From Pseudomonadota bacterium (lineage in GTDB: Bacteria; Pseudomonadota; Alphaproteobacteria; Rhizobiales; Pleomorphomonadaceae), in the NCBI GenBank assembly GCA_018262505.1, contig JAGSYV010000037.1, forward strand, positions 2,322 through 66,321: 64,000 nucleotides of DNA. Direction: 5' to 3'. A program made the position numbers and the translations under genes. This document shows, piece after piece, positions 26,745-36,958 of the stretch (position 1 is the first letter of the stretch; each line of letters starts with the position of its first letter). Under the pieces are notes generated by a model. The model did not search any database and was not told where the DNA came from. It saw only the letters and a list, made by a program, of their open reading frames with translations.

Positions 26745-28451
26745 CTAGACCGGGACCTCCGACAACCAGTTACGGATAATGATCGCTGCCTCGTTGGGAT
26801 TGTCGTTGACGAGGTCGCCCACCTTGCGCACCTGGTCGAGCTGCTGGGCGCCCTGCGCCTTGGCGCTCTCGATGCGGGTGTCGGCGGGAAGGGCAGGGAT
26901 CTCCGGACCTTCGGTCACTTCCACACCATCGGCGCCCATGACCACCGGCTTGCCGTCGGGATTGAGCACTACCGTGACCGCGTTGCGGCCGGCGGCAGCG
27001 GCTTCGCTGAGGGCGGACGTGAGGGCCGGCAGCGTCTCGGCGTCGATGTCCGAGCCAAGGATGCGGCGGATCAGCGGGCGGACGGCGAACAACAGCACCA
27101 GGAGCGTCACCAGGATCAGCACGCCCATTTCGGCGAAGCGCATGATGTCTTCGCGCGAGAAGTCGAACATCGAGGTCGGCGCGGTGGCGAGGTCGGCCGG
27201 ATTGAGCGGACTGTCGGCGAACTGCAGGTTGACCACCTGCACCTGGTCGCCGCGCTTGTCGTCGAAGCCCATGGCGGTCCGCACCAGCGAGGTGATCTGG
27301 TCGATCTCGGCCTGCGGCCGCGGCGCGTAGACCATGACGCCCTTGGCGTCGGGCGTGTAGCGGCCATCCACCAGCACGGCGACCGACAGGCGCTTGACGC
27401 CGCCGACTTCGGTCACCTGAGTTCGGCTGGTCTTGGAGATCTCGTAGTTGACGGTTTCCTCGGTGGTCTGGGCATTGTCGGAGGTTTGGGCGGCGTTCGG
27501 GGCTTGCTGCTGGTTGGCGTTGGGGATCTGGTTGCCGGCCGAGACGGGAGGATTGCCCTGATTGTCCTGGCTCAGCGACTTTTCCTCGCGCGTCTGGGTG
27601 GAGCGGACGACCTGGCCATTGGGGTCGAAGGTGTCCTGCGTTTCCTGAACGCGATTGAAGTCCATCTCGGCGGAGACACGAACGCGGGCGCGGCCGGCCC
27701 CAACGATGCTCTCGACGATGTCGCGAACGCGGCTTTCCACCTGGTTCTGATAGGCGGTGGTACGCTCGTCGGCGTTGGTGGCGAGATAGGAGGCGCTGGT
27801 CTCGTCGCCGTTGCCCTGGGCGAGCAGGCGGCCGGTTTCGTCGATCACCGAGATGCGCGACGGGTCGAGGCCGGACACGGCCGAAGCGACGAGGTGCTGA
27901 ATGGCGCGGATCTGGCCGGGATCCAGCGTGCCGCGCGTCTTTAGCACGATGGAGGCGGTGGGCTTCTGCTCGTCCTTGCGGAACAGCTGCTTCTCCGGCA
28001 GCACCAGATGGACGCGCGCCTGATCGACCTGACGGATGGTGCGGATGGTGCGCGACAGCTCGCCTTCGAGAGCGCGTAGCGCATTCACCGACTGCACGAA
28101 GGAGGTGGTGCCGAGAGCGTCGGTCTTGTCGAAGATCTCGTAGCCGACGCTGTCGCCGGCCGGCAGGCCCTGCTGGGCAAGCGACATGCGCGTCTGATCG
28201 AGTTTGGTCTCATCGACCAGAATGGTGGTGCCATTGTCCTTCAGGGTGAAGGCGGTGCCGGCCGAGGTGAGCTGCTGAACGATGGACGCCGAATCGTCCA
28301 TGCTGAGGCCGGTATAGAGCGGCACCTGCTGGATGGCCGAGAAACGGAGCACGATGAAGACGAAGAAGCCGACGAGGCCCAGCGCCACGGCGCCCATCGC
28401 CGCCAGCCGGCTTGGCCCCAGGCTCTTCAAGAAATCTCCAAATCCACCCAC
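26745..28451 (-). CDS. fliF: Flagellar MS-ring protein FliF
   Basis: GYEIFDK, RALEGELSRTI, ARVHLVLP, NYEISKT and RLSVAVLVDG motifs; GTG start inferred. Confidence 0.95.
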   Translation of the reverse strand: MGGFGDFLKSLGPSRLAAMGAVALGLVGFFVFIVLRFSAIQQVPLYTGLSMDDSASIVQQLTSAGTAFTLKDNGTTILVDETKLDQTRMSLAQQGLPAGDSVGYEIFDKTDALGTTSFVQSVNALRALEGELSRTIRTIRQVDQARVHLVLPEKQLFRKDEQKPTASIVLKTRGTLDPGQIRAIQHLVASAVSGLDPSRISVIDETGRLLAQGNGDETSASYLATNADERTTAYQNQVESRVRDIVESIVGAGRARVRVSAEMDFNRVQETQDTFDPNGQVVRSTQTREEKSLSQDNQGNPPVSAGNQIPNANQQQAPNAAQTSDNAQTTEETVNYEISKTSRTQVTEVGGVKRLSVAVLVDGRYTPDAKGVMVYAPRPQAEIDQITSLVRTAMGFDDKRGDQVQVVNLQFADSPLNPADLATAPTSMFDFSREDIMRFAEMGVLILVTLLVLLFAVRPLIRRILGSDIDAETLPALTSALSEAAAAGRNAVTVVLNPDGKPVVMGADGVEVTEGPEIPALPADTRIESAKAQGAQQLDQVRKVGDLVNDNPNEAAIIIRNWLSEVPV

Positions 28452-28533
28452 GCCGGTTCCCCATTGTTCGACGCGGCGTGAATCGTCATCGCCGCCGTGG
28501 ACCAAGGCGGCAATTACTTCCACACGCTTATGG

Positions 28534-28548
28534 TAAACAAGTTATTAA
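28534..28548 (-). promoter_or_regulatory. CtrA binding site, fliF promoter
   Basis: Minus strand TTAA-TAACTTG-TTTA(CC). Confidence 0.7.
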
Positions 28549-28619
28549 CGCCGGGCGGCCCGCCCGGTGCGATTGGCGGAATTCCGCCAAAACCGGTTTA
28601 TGAAGATTTGCATTATTCA

Positions 28620-28634
28620 CGGCATTTTTTGCCG
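28620..28634. promoter_or_regulatory. ftr-like FlbD site upstream of fliF
   Basis: CGGCA-TTTTT-TGCCG, same form as the sites at 11777 and 32607. Confidence 0.6.
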
Positions 28635-28662
28635 GGTGGGGAGAAATCTGCCCCAAAAAGGC

Positions 28663-28696
28663 AAAGGCGACCGATCCGCGAGGATCGGTCGCCTTT
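28663..28696 (-). terminator. Rho-independent terminator of sciP
   Basis: AAAGGCGACCGATCC-GCGA-GGATCGGTCGCCTTT hairpin. Confidence 0.8.
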
Positions 28697-28720
28697 CGAA
28701 AATAGCATCGAAAGACCCCG

Positions 28721-28996
28721 TCAGGGGCGATATTGCTGAACCCGTGTCGCCCGGAGACCGGCAAGGCCGTGCTTGTCGATCGACTGCTGCCAGGACAGGA
28801 ATTCTTCGACGGTAAGGGTGTAGCGCTTGCAGGCTTCCTCCAACGACAGGAGGCCGCCACGAACGGCAGCTACCACCTCAGCCTTACGGCGGATCACCCA
28901 ACGCTGGGTGCCCTCAGGCGGTAAATCGGCAATCGTCAATGGGCTTCCATCGGGCCCAATGACGTATTTTACGCGCGGACGCATCTGTTCGGTCAT
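28721..28996 (-). CDS. sciP: CtrA inhibitor SciP (DUF1153)
   Basis: YVIGPDGSPLTIADLPP..RWVIRRKAEVVAAVRGGLLSLEEAC. Confidence 0.95.
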   Translation of the reverse strand: MTEQMRPRVKYVIGPDGSPLTIADLPPEGTQRWVIRRKAEVVAAVRGGLLSLEEACKRYTLTVEEFLSWQQSIDKHGLAGLRATRVQQYRP

Positions 28997-29293
28997 TCTA
29001 CTCTCACACAAATCTGACCTTCAGAAGAGCATCCTAAACCAAGCCGTTTAAAAAACGCCTAACTCCCTCGCAAGAATTCGGTAAGATTTTGAACGACTTG
29101 CCGAAAGCTCTCGGTTTGCCGCCGTTTAGGAATTGAGCCTTCCTGTCGCGGAAAAGATGTACTTTTCCCTTGGAAAGATTAACGGGGCCGCCCTGAATGG
29201 CACGATCGGGAGGGCGCCGACCCATTTTGCAATGAAGCCGGGCTGTGCGGATCACTACATATTTGGGACGACGATTGGTCTTTTGACAAAAGA

Positions 29294-29330
29294 AAAGCCG
29301 CCGCCGGCCTGGAACGGCCGGCGGCGGCTT
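29294..29330 (-). terminator. Terminator downstream of flgD
   Basis: AAGCCGCCGCCGGCC-loop-GGCCGGCGGCGGCTT followed by a T-run on the minus strand. Confidence 0.8.
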
Positions 29331-29362
29331 GACGGATGAAGGACGCGGCGGGTCGGATGCCG

Positions 29363-30034
29363 TCAGACGGAGACTTCCGTCAACGCCGATAGCGGCAGCA
29401 GATGGCCATTGACCTTGATATAGGGCTGCGCCGAGGAGGTATCGACGGCCTGCACCTTGCCGGTGATCTCGGTGGTGATGGTGACCGCCTTGCCGGTGCT
29501 GTCGGTGCCGTTGACGGCGATGGTGAAGGCGCCGGTGGACGAGCTGTAGTCGGCGCCGTTGCTGCCCTTGCCATCCCAGGTGAAGGCGTTGTTGCCAGCT
29601 TTGAGGTCGGTGCTGCCCTGATAGACCACGCCACCGTTTTCGTCGGTGATCGTCACCTTGGAACCCGGCGCGGCGGCCGACGCGTTCACGGTCCAGTTGG
29701 CCTTGCCGCTGTCCATTTTGGTGGTGTCGGAATAGGCGGTGACCGACTTGCCGACGTAGTTGACGAGCTGGAGCGCCGCGCTCGAGGTCAGTGTGTCCAT
29801 CATCGACTTGAGGTTCGAGTTGGTCTGGATCTGCTGCTCAACCGCCGAATACTGGACAAGCTGCTGGGTGAAGCTGTTGACGTCCATCGGCGAGAGCGGG
29901 CTCTGGGTCTTGAGCTGAGTGGTGAGCAGCGTCAGGAACGTCGTATAGTTCGATGTCAGCGAATTGGTCGCCGCGGAGGCCGTGTCTTTGGTGCTCGTGG
30001 TCTTCGAGGAGTTACCGACGCCGGATACGCTCAT
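29363..30034 (-). CDS. flgD: Flagellar hook capping protein FlgD
   Basis: FLTLLTTQLKTQSPLSPMD..FTQQLVQYSAVEQ and FTWDG motifs. Confidence 0.93.
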   Translation of the reverse strand: MSVSGVGNSSKTTSTKDTASAATNSLTSNYTTFLTLLTTQLKTQSPLSPMDVNSFTQQLVQYSAVEQQIQTNSNLKSMMDTLTSSAALQLVNYVGKSVTAYSDTTKMDSGKANWTVNASAAAPGSKVTITDENGGVVYQGSTDLKAGNNAFTWDGKGSNGADYSSSTGAFTIAVNGTDSTGKAVTITTEITGKVQAVDTSSAQPYIKVNGHLLPLSALTEVSV

Positions 30035-30057
30035 GATCGTCTCCTGAAACTCTATAC

Positions 30058-32448
30058 TCAGACGCTGATATCGACGCGGCCAGTGCCGCGCGCACGATAG
30101 GCGACGGGGCTTGCGGCCGGCTGGCCATCATCCTCGGTCCTGACTCTGACGGGGGCGTTCGCCTGGGCCTGACGGGACTGTTGTTGTTGCTGTTGTTGCT
30201 GTTCCTGGCGGGCGAAGGAGGCCGACCGGTCCTGGCCGCCATCCTGGCGCATCGACATCGACACCGAACCGTCCTTCACCTCGAAGCCGGCATCGCGCAG
30301 CGTTTGCTCGATATGCCGCTGGTCGCGCGACAGCGCATCGAAGGTGTCGCGGCGCTCGACCACCAGATGGGCCTTGGCGCTGCCGTCGGCGGAGAAATCC
30401 ACCTTGACGTCGACTTTGCCGAGTTCGGCCGGATCGAGCCGCACCGAGAAGCTGGTGTCGCCGGCCTTGACGTGGCGAGCGATGGTCGCTCCGACGTCTT
30501 CCAACTTGACGGCGGCGCCGGTGGCGGTGGCCGTTGCCGTGGAAGTCGTCGCGGTGGTGGTGCCGGTCTGGCCGGCTGGCACGGCGGCGGTCAGGGTCCC
30601 GGTGGTATCGGACTGCGTCGCGCCGGCGCCGACGTCGCGCAGGCGGTCAGCGAAGGTGCGAGCCGCGCTCGAGACGCCGCTTACCGTCTTCGGCTTGGCA
30701 AGCCCATTGTCGGCGGCCTGGTTGGGGGCGGCGCCGTTGTCGCTGGCCGATGTGCGTTCACCGGTGGCGTCGGTGGCCGTGGCGGACTTCTCTGATCCTG
30801 CGGCCTTAGCGGTCACCGGCTTGATGTTGGCGGCCGCCGCGATGGCACCGGCGGCGGCCGTCGCATCGCTGGCGGTCACGTCGGTGGACGCGACAGTGGT
30901 GGTGGGGGCCGAAGGTTGACCGTTGGGCGCGGCCGGTTGGGGCATGCGCGCCGTCATCGCCGGCTGGGTGGTATCGTCGGCCGCCGTTGCGCCGTCATCG
31001 CTGGGGGAAGCGGTTGGCGTCGGCGTCGCCGGCTTGTCGGTTGCGGCCGCCGGCTTGAGCGTCGTGTTGGCCTGAGCGTCGGCGACGTTCGCAGACGGCG
31101 CAACCGTGGTGTCGGCATCGACGACCGGCAGGGCGGCGGACGCGGTGGTGACGTTGCTGGCGGCCGGGGTAGGCGCGGCCGGCGTGACGGTGACCTTCGG
31201 CGCGTCGGTGGCAGGCTTGTCGGTCGGCGTGGGCGTCGCCGCGGTGGCCGAAGTCGTCTGTACGGCATCCTTGGACGGCACGCTATCGGACGGCACGGTA
31301 AGGAGAGGAGTGGTCGCGTCGGTGGACGGTTGGCGCGTCGCGGTCGTGTCGACGACGGGCGTCGTCGACGCCTTGCCGGACTTCGGGGGCTCGGTGGTCG
31401 AGGTGGCCTGCGGGATAACCGGCGGCACCGGCGCGCCGGCCGGGACGGAGGCGCTGCCCGGCGCGATGGCGGCCACGGTTGTGCTGGTCGTCTCGCTGGG
31501 CACGGCCGCCGGCATCGCGGCGGCCAGGGCGGCGGTCTGATCGGCGGCCAAAGGGGGCGTCGCCACAGCTTGCGTCGGGACGGGCTGGCCCGCGGGGGGC
31601 TGCGTAGCGACGGGCTCGCCTGCGGTGGGCTGCGCCTGCGCCGGTTGCTGCGCCACGGAAGATGTCATGGCAGTGTTGAGCGCAGCCAGCGCTGCGTCGT
31701 CGCTCGACGAGGCAGCGGCATTGGCGATCGAAGCGGCGGCAGCCGTCGCGTCCGCCGGAGCGGTGGTCGCGGCATCGGCGTTGGCAGCGGTCGGCTGGGG
31801 TTGCGCGGGCGTTGCGGCACCGGTGGTCGCATCGGCGAGCGCTTGCTGGAAAGCCTCGGCCGCCGCGGGCGCCTGGAGCGTCGGCGTGGCGACGGCGGGC
31901 GTGGCGACCGCGTTGAGCGCGATGACGGCATCGCCATCGCCATCGGATTGCAGGCCGGCATAGGCGGACCAGAAATTGGCAATGTCGAGCGGCACGGCGG
32001 TGAGCTGGGTGGTCGCGGCCGGGTCGCTGTCGGCTGCCTCATCGGTGGCGGCGGCGTCTGTGGCGGTTGGGTCCGTGTTGTCGGGCGTGTTCGCGGCGGC
32101 ATCGGTGGGCGCGGCGGGCTCCCGCCGGCCGGCTCGGCGCGGCGGCGCGGCCTCGTTCCGGTCGGCGCGGCGTTCGGAAGCATCATCCCCCCGATCCGCG
32201 CGGTCGGCACGGCGGTCGGAGGCGCCATCGGTTCGGCGCCCAGAGGCGCTCTCGGTGCGGTCGGTCCGTTGCGGGGCGGTGGTGTCGCGGGGCGAGGCCG
32301 GCTGGCTGGTCGGCTCGTGGTCGGTTGCGTCGGCCACCATGTCACGGAAATCATTGCCGACGCCTTTGACGACGGCGACGCTGGGCGTGGTCGCCGGCGA
32401 TGGGGCGGCGGTCTGGGGAAGCGGCAGAACGGGAGCGACGGTGGCCAT
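30058..32448 (-). CDS. fliK: Flagellar hook-length control protein FliK
   Basis: Long Ala/Thr/Pro low-complexity body with C-terminal VRLDPAELGKVDV domain, upstream of flgD; start placed at the ATG downstream of the sigma54 promoter. Confidence 0.88.
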   Translation of the reverse strand: MATVAPVLPLPQTAAPSPATTPSVAVVKGVGNDFRDMVADATDHEPTSQPASPRDTTAPQRTDRTESASGRRTDGASDRRADRADRGDDASERRADRNEAAPPRRAGRREPAAPTDAAANTPDNTDPTATDAAATDEAADSDPAATTQLTAVPLDIANFWSAYAGLQSDGDGDAVIALNAVATPAVATPTLQAPAAAEAFQQALADATTGAATPAQPQPTAANADAATTAPADATAAAASIANAAASSSDDAALAALNTAMTSSVAQQPAQAQPTAGEPVATQPPAGQPVPTQAVATPPLAADQTAALAAAMPAAVPSETTSTTVAAIAPGSASVPAGAPVPPVIPQATSTTEPPKSGKASTTPVVDTTATRQPSTDATTPLLTVPSDSVPSKDAVQTTSATAATPTPTDKPATDAPKVTVTPAAPTPAASNVTTASAALPVVDADTTVAPSANVADAQANTTLKPAAATDKPATPTPTASPSDDGATAADDTTQPAMTARMPQPAAPNGQPSAPTTTVASTDVTASDATAAAGAIAAAANIKPVTAKAAGSEKSATATDATGERTSASDNGAAPNQAADNGLAKPKTVSGVSSAARTFADRLRDVGAGATQSDTTGTLTAAVPAGQTGTTTATTSTATATATGAAVKLEDVGATIARHVKAGDTSFSVRLDPAELGKVDVKVDFSADGSAKAHLVVERRDTFDALSRDQRHIEQTLRDAGFEVKDGSVSMSMRQDGGQDRSASFARQEQQQQQQQQSRQAQANAPVRVRTEDDGQPAASPVAYRARGTGRVDISV

Positions 32449-32493
32449 GGACGAATCCGTTACACGCGAGACAAACTCAGTCCCTCTCCTGAA

Positions 32494-32510
32494 TGCAAGG
32501 AAAAGGCCAA
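32494..32510 (-). promoter_or_regulatory. Sigma54 (-24/-12) promoter of fliK-flgD
   Basis: Minus strand TTGGCCTTTTCCTTGCA (GG-N10-GC). Confidence 0.8.
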
Positions 32511-32606
32511 TGGCTCTGGCTGGTCGATCGGCTCTCAACCCCTTCATTTGAAAAGATTTTCTTGGGCGTCGTTCTGGATGGTGCTGCCATTGCCCGTCCA
32601 GGCGGG

Positions 32607-32641
32607 CGGCAAGCTTTGCCGTTACCCGGCAGAATTGACCC
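32607..32641. promoter_or_regulatory. Tandem ftr-like FlbD enhancer sites about 100 bp upstream of the sigma54 promoter
   Basis: CGGCA-AGCTT-TGCCG followed by CCCGGCAGAATTGACCC. Confidence 0.7.
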
Positions 32642-32751
32642 AGCCATGCCGGCGCGGCTCTGGAGCTTGCCGGCCAAAGCGGCTATTAGGAACGAGTTGA
32701 GAGCGGAGCGGGCCGGCAGTGTCGGCGCCGGACATCCGCCGGAAAGACGTC

Positions 32752-33906
32752 ATGCTGAACTCGCTCGATCTCGAAGGCCGCCCAGAGGACACCCGTATCG
32801 TCGTCGCCATGTCTGGCGGCGTCGATTCATCCGTCGTCGCCGGTCTCCTGAAACGCGAGGGCTATGATGTCGTCGGCGTGACGCTGCAGCTCTACGACCA
32901 TGGCGAGGCCATTCATCGCAAGGGGGCCTGCTGCGCCGGCCAGGACATTCACGACGCCCGCGACGTGGCGGCGCGCCTCGGCATTCCGCATTACGTGCTC
33001 GACTACGAGAGCCGGTTCCGCGAGGCGGTGATCGACCGCTTTGCCGAGAGCTACATCGCCGGCGAAACGCCTGTGCCCTGCGTTGCCTGCAACCAGACGG
33101 TCAAGTTCTCCGACCTTCTGGATACGGCGCGCAATCTCGGTGCGCAGGCGCTGGCCACCGGCCACTACGTGCGCTCGCGCCTCGTCGATGGCCATCGCGC
33201 CATGTACCGGCCGGTCGATCTCGACCGCGACCAGAGCTATTTCCTGTTCGCCACCACCCAGGACCAGCTCGACTTCCTGCGCTTTCCGCTTGGCGGCCTG
33301 ACCAAGCCGGAAACGCGGGCGGTCGCTCGCGACCTCGGCCTGGAAGTGGCCGACAAGCACGACAGCCAGGACATCTGCTTCGTGCCGCAGGGCAAGTATG
33401 CCGACGTCATCGAGAAGCTGAAGCCGGAAGCGGTGGCGGCCGGCGACATCGTCCACGTCGATGGCCGGGTGCTCGGTCGGCATACCGGCATCATTCATTT
33501 CACCGTCGGTCAGCGGAAGGGCCTGGGCGTTGCCACCGGCGAGCCGCTGTTCGTCATTCGGCTCGATGCCGCCAGCCGTCAGGTGGTGGTGGGGCCGCGG
33601 GAGGCGCTGATCACCCATCGGCTGGCGCTGCGCGACCTCAACTGGATCGGCGGCAGCACACTGGATGCCGAGATCGACAGCGGCCGCACGGTGTTCGCCA
33701 AGGTGCGTTCGTCGCGGCCGCCACAGGCGGCGATGATCGTCCGTCAGGGCCGGCGGGTTGCCGTCGAATTGCTGGACGGCGAGCAGGGAATCGCTCCAGG
33801 GCAGGCCTGCGTGCTCTATGACGGCCCCGGCGATGAGGCGCGCGTTCTGGGCGGCGGCTTCATCGAGGCCACCGCTTCCATGCGGACGTCGCTGGCGGCT
33901 GAGTGA
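32752..33906 (+). CDS. mnmA: tRNA 2-thiouridine synthase MnmA
   Basis: [34 protein letters not shown] and APGQACV motifs. Confidence 0.97.
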   Translation: MLNSLDLEGRPEDTRIVVAMSGGVDSSVVAGLLKREGYDVVGVTLQLYDHGEAIHRKGACCAGQDIHDARDVAARLGIPHYVLDYESRFREAVIDRFAESYIAGETPVPCVACNQTVKFSDLLDTARNLGAQALATGHYVRSRLVDGHRAMYRPVDLDRDQSYFLFATTQDQLDFLRFPLGGLTKPETRAVARDLGLEVADKHDSQDICFVPQGKYADVIEKLKPEAVAAGDIVHVDGRVLGRHTGIIHFTVGQRKGLGVATGEPLFVIRLDAASRQVVVGPREALITHRLALRDLNWIGGSTLDAEIDSGRTVFAKVRSSRPPQAAMIVRQGRRVAVELLDGEQGIAPGQACVLYDGPGDEARVLGGGFIEATASMRTSLAAE

Positions 33907-34702
33907 GGGCAGAGGCCAATCGTCCCCTGCCTGTCGCCTCTGTCCTATTTGGCTTTCTCGCCAGCCTCAGGCGTTGAAAGCGAGATTATCCCTCAGTTTG
34001 TTACACGGCTGTCACATCGGCCTGCCAGGGATGGTGCCGCCGGGCGTTTGTTCCCTGGCACCGCGACCGTTGAGTCCTGCCATCGTGGCGGCCATTCGCT
34101 TTTCGTTCGAAGCAAGGCTGCACCAGACATTGGTCCGGAGAGTGGCGTCCCGGATATCAGCATAAATATACATAGATTATTTTGCTGAACCAGCCATTCT
34201 CTGCGTTATGCCGAAACCCTGCCGTATGCGCTTCTCCGATGAGAGGCGTTGGAATAATCCAGTTTTATCTGGTCTGGATTCTGTCTTCCAGCGATTTTCT
34301 CGAGTCTACCAAGAGTTGTGAAGGTCATCTATGTGTATGTATATCTATATGAAATATGACATTTTTGCGAAGAAGCGCCAGATGATTGCAGGTTTGGATG
34401 GCGCGTACTTCTTTCCCGCCTAAATTTCGTGTCTAAGCATGCATAGTTGCTTTTTTACAACATGGATTATTTGACTCTAATTGTGACGTGATCTCGTGAA
34501 TTATGACATTGCAGGTTATGTCTGGATCGGCAATCAAGCGGCGGTGAGCTTCGTTAGCGCGAAACTCGCCGCCGCTTTCGGATGGGTCGGGCTGGGGAGC
34601 CGGACGGTCAGGGCGCGGTCGTAAACGGGGCCATTCCGCGATGGTTGCGGTCGCGCTGCTCGCCAGCGGGGAAGGGGTCCGCTCACGGTTCTGGAGATAA
34701 AG

Positions 34703-35770
34703 ATGAATTTGAAAAGCATTCTGTTTGGTACCGCCGCCGGCCTGATGGTCGCCACGGGCGCTTACGCTGCCGACCTGCCGGGCGATGCTGCTCCGGCCGC
34801 CGTTGATTACGTGAAGGTTTGCGACGCCTACGGCGCCGGCTTCTTCTACATCCCCGGCACCGAGACCTGCCTGCGTCTCAAGGGCCGCGTTCGTTCCAGC
34901 GTGACCTACCACAACTACGGTGGCTCGGCGAATACCAGCGTCGACAATGTCGCGTTCCGCGCCGACGCCAAGGTCGGCTTCGATGCCCGTACGGCTTCCG
35001 ACCTCGGCACCGTCCGTTCGTACTTCGAGATCGATACCAACTCGACCAACGGCATCACCCTCAGCCAGGCCTTCATTCAGGTTGGCTACGTGACGGTTGG
35101 TCGTCAGGACGAAGTCGGCAATGGCGACGGCCTCTATGGCATCAACGATTCGACCTGGGCTCCCGCCGACTACACCGCCGTTGGCGCCAGTGTTCTGGTC
35201 GACAAGCTTGGTGGCGGCTTCTTTGTCGGCGCCGGCGTTTACAGCAATAGCGACAGCATCAGCCGTCCGACCGTTTGGCAGGCTGGTCAGCAGGCTGGTC
35301 TGCAGACCTCGGCCATCATCGGCATCACCGGTCAGTCCTGGGGCAGCTTCGACGTGTCGGGTGTCTACCGGACCTTCGATCACGACGAGAACGACATCTT
35401 CGGCGTCAAGGCCACTGCCAACCTGAAGCTCATCGACAAGCTGTCGCTGCGCACCTGGGCCGCCTACACGGATGGCGGCAACAACGGCACCAACCTGAAG
35501 AACATTGCCGGCTTCAACGCCTCGAACATCACCGATCTGGCCCTGGCCGCTTCGTATCAGGTCACCGATCCCCTGAACGTCTATGCCGGCGTTCGCTACC
35601 AGATCGTCGATGCCGCTGGCGCCAGCGCCGCTGACGACTTCCTCTACGCCAACCTCGGCGCCGACTATACGCTGGCTCCGGGCCTCGACCTGCAGGGCGA
35701 AGTCGATTACGGCCGCCAGAACAACTGGAACGACTTCACCGCCGTCACCCGCCTCGTTCGCGTGTGGTAA
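34703..35770 (+). CDS. Alphaproteobacterial porin (Omp2b/RopA, Porin_2 family)
   Basis: Signal peptide, AADLP, DYVKVCDAYGAGFFYIPGTETCL, aromatic C-terminal residue. Confidence 0.95.
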   Translation: MNLKSILFGTAAGLMVATGAYAADLPGDAAPAAVDYVKVCDAYGAGFFYIPGTETCLRLKGRVRSSVTYHNYGGSANTSVDNVAFRADAKVGFDARTASDLGTVRSYFEIDTNSTNGITLSQAFIQVGYVTVGRQDEVGNGDGLYGINDSTWAPADYTAVGASVLVDKLGGGFFVGAGVYSNSDSISRPTVWQAGQQAGLQTSAIIGITGQSWGSFDVSGVYRTFDHDENDIFGVKATANLKLIDKLSLRTWAAYTDGGNNGTNLKNIAGFNASNITDLALAASYQVTDPLNVYAGVRYQIVDAAGASAADDFLYANLGADYTLAPGLDLQGEVDYGRQNNWNDFTAVTRLVRVW

Positions 35771-35793
35771 TATCATTCCCTTCGGGGTTTGAG

Positions 35794-35826
35794 GAAAAGG
35801 CCCGGCTCGTCCGGGCCTTTTCTTTT
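35794..35826. terminator. Bidirectional terminator
   Basis: GAAAAGGCCCGG-CTCGT-CCGGGCCTTTTCTTTT between convergent genes. Confidence 0.85.
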
Positions 35827-35837
35827 GCGAGGAGGGT

Positions 35838-36884
<1,047 letters not shown>

Positions 36885-36958
36885 CTTGTCGCTCCCTCGC
36901 TTGCCTCGGCCGGTTATAGGACCGGAGGCAAGCGAGGGGCAATGTTGCTTCTTTGGGG

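Noticed and set aside
30058-32448. Ala/Thr/Pro-rich low-complexity protein with poly-Q as a novel adhesin
   Set aside because: C-terminal domain, position upstream of flgD and the sigma54/ftr promoter identify it as FliK, which is normally low-complexity
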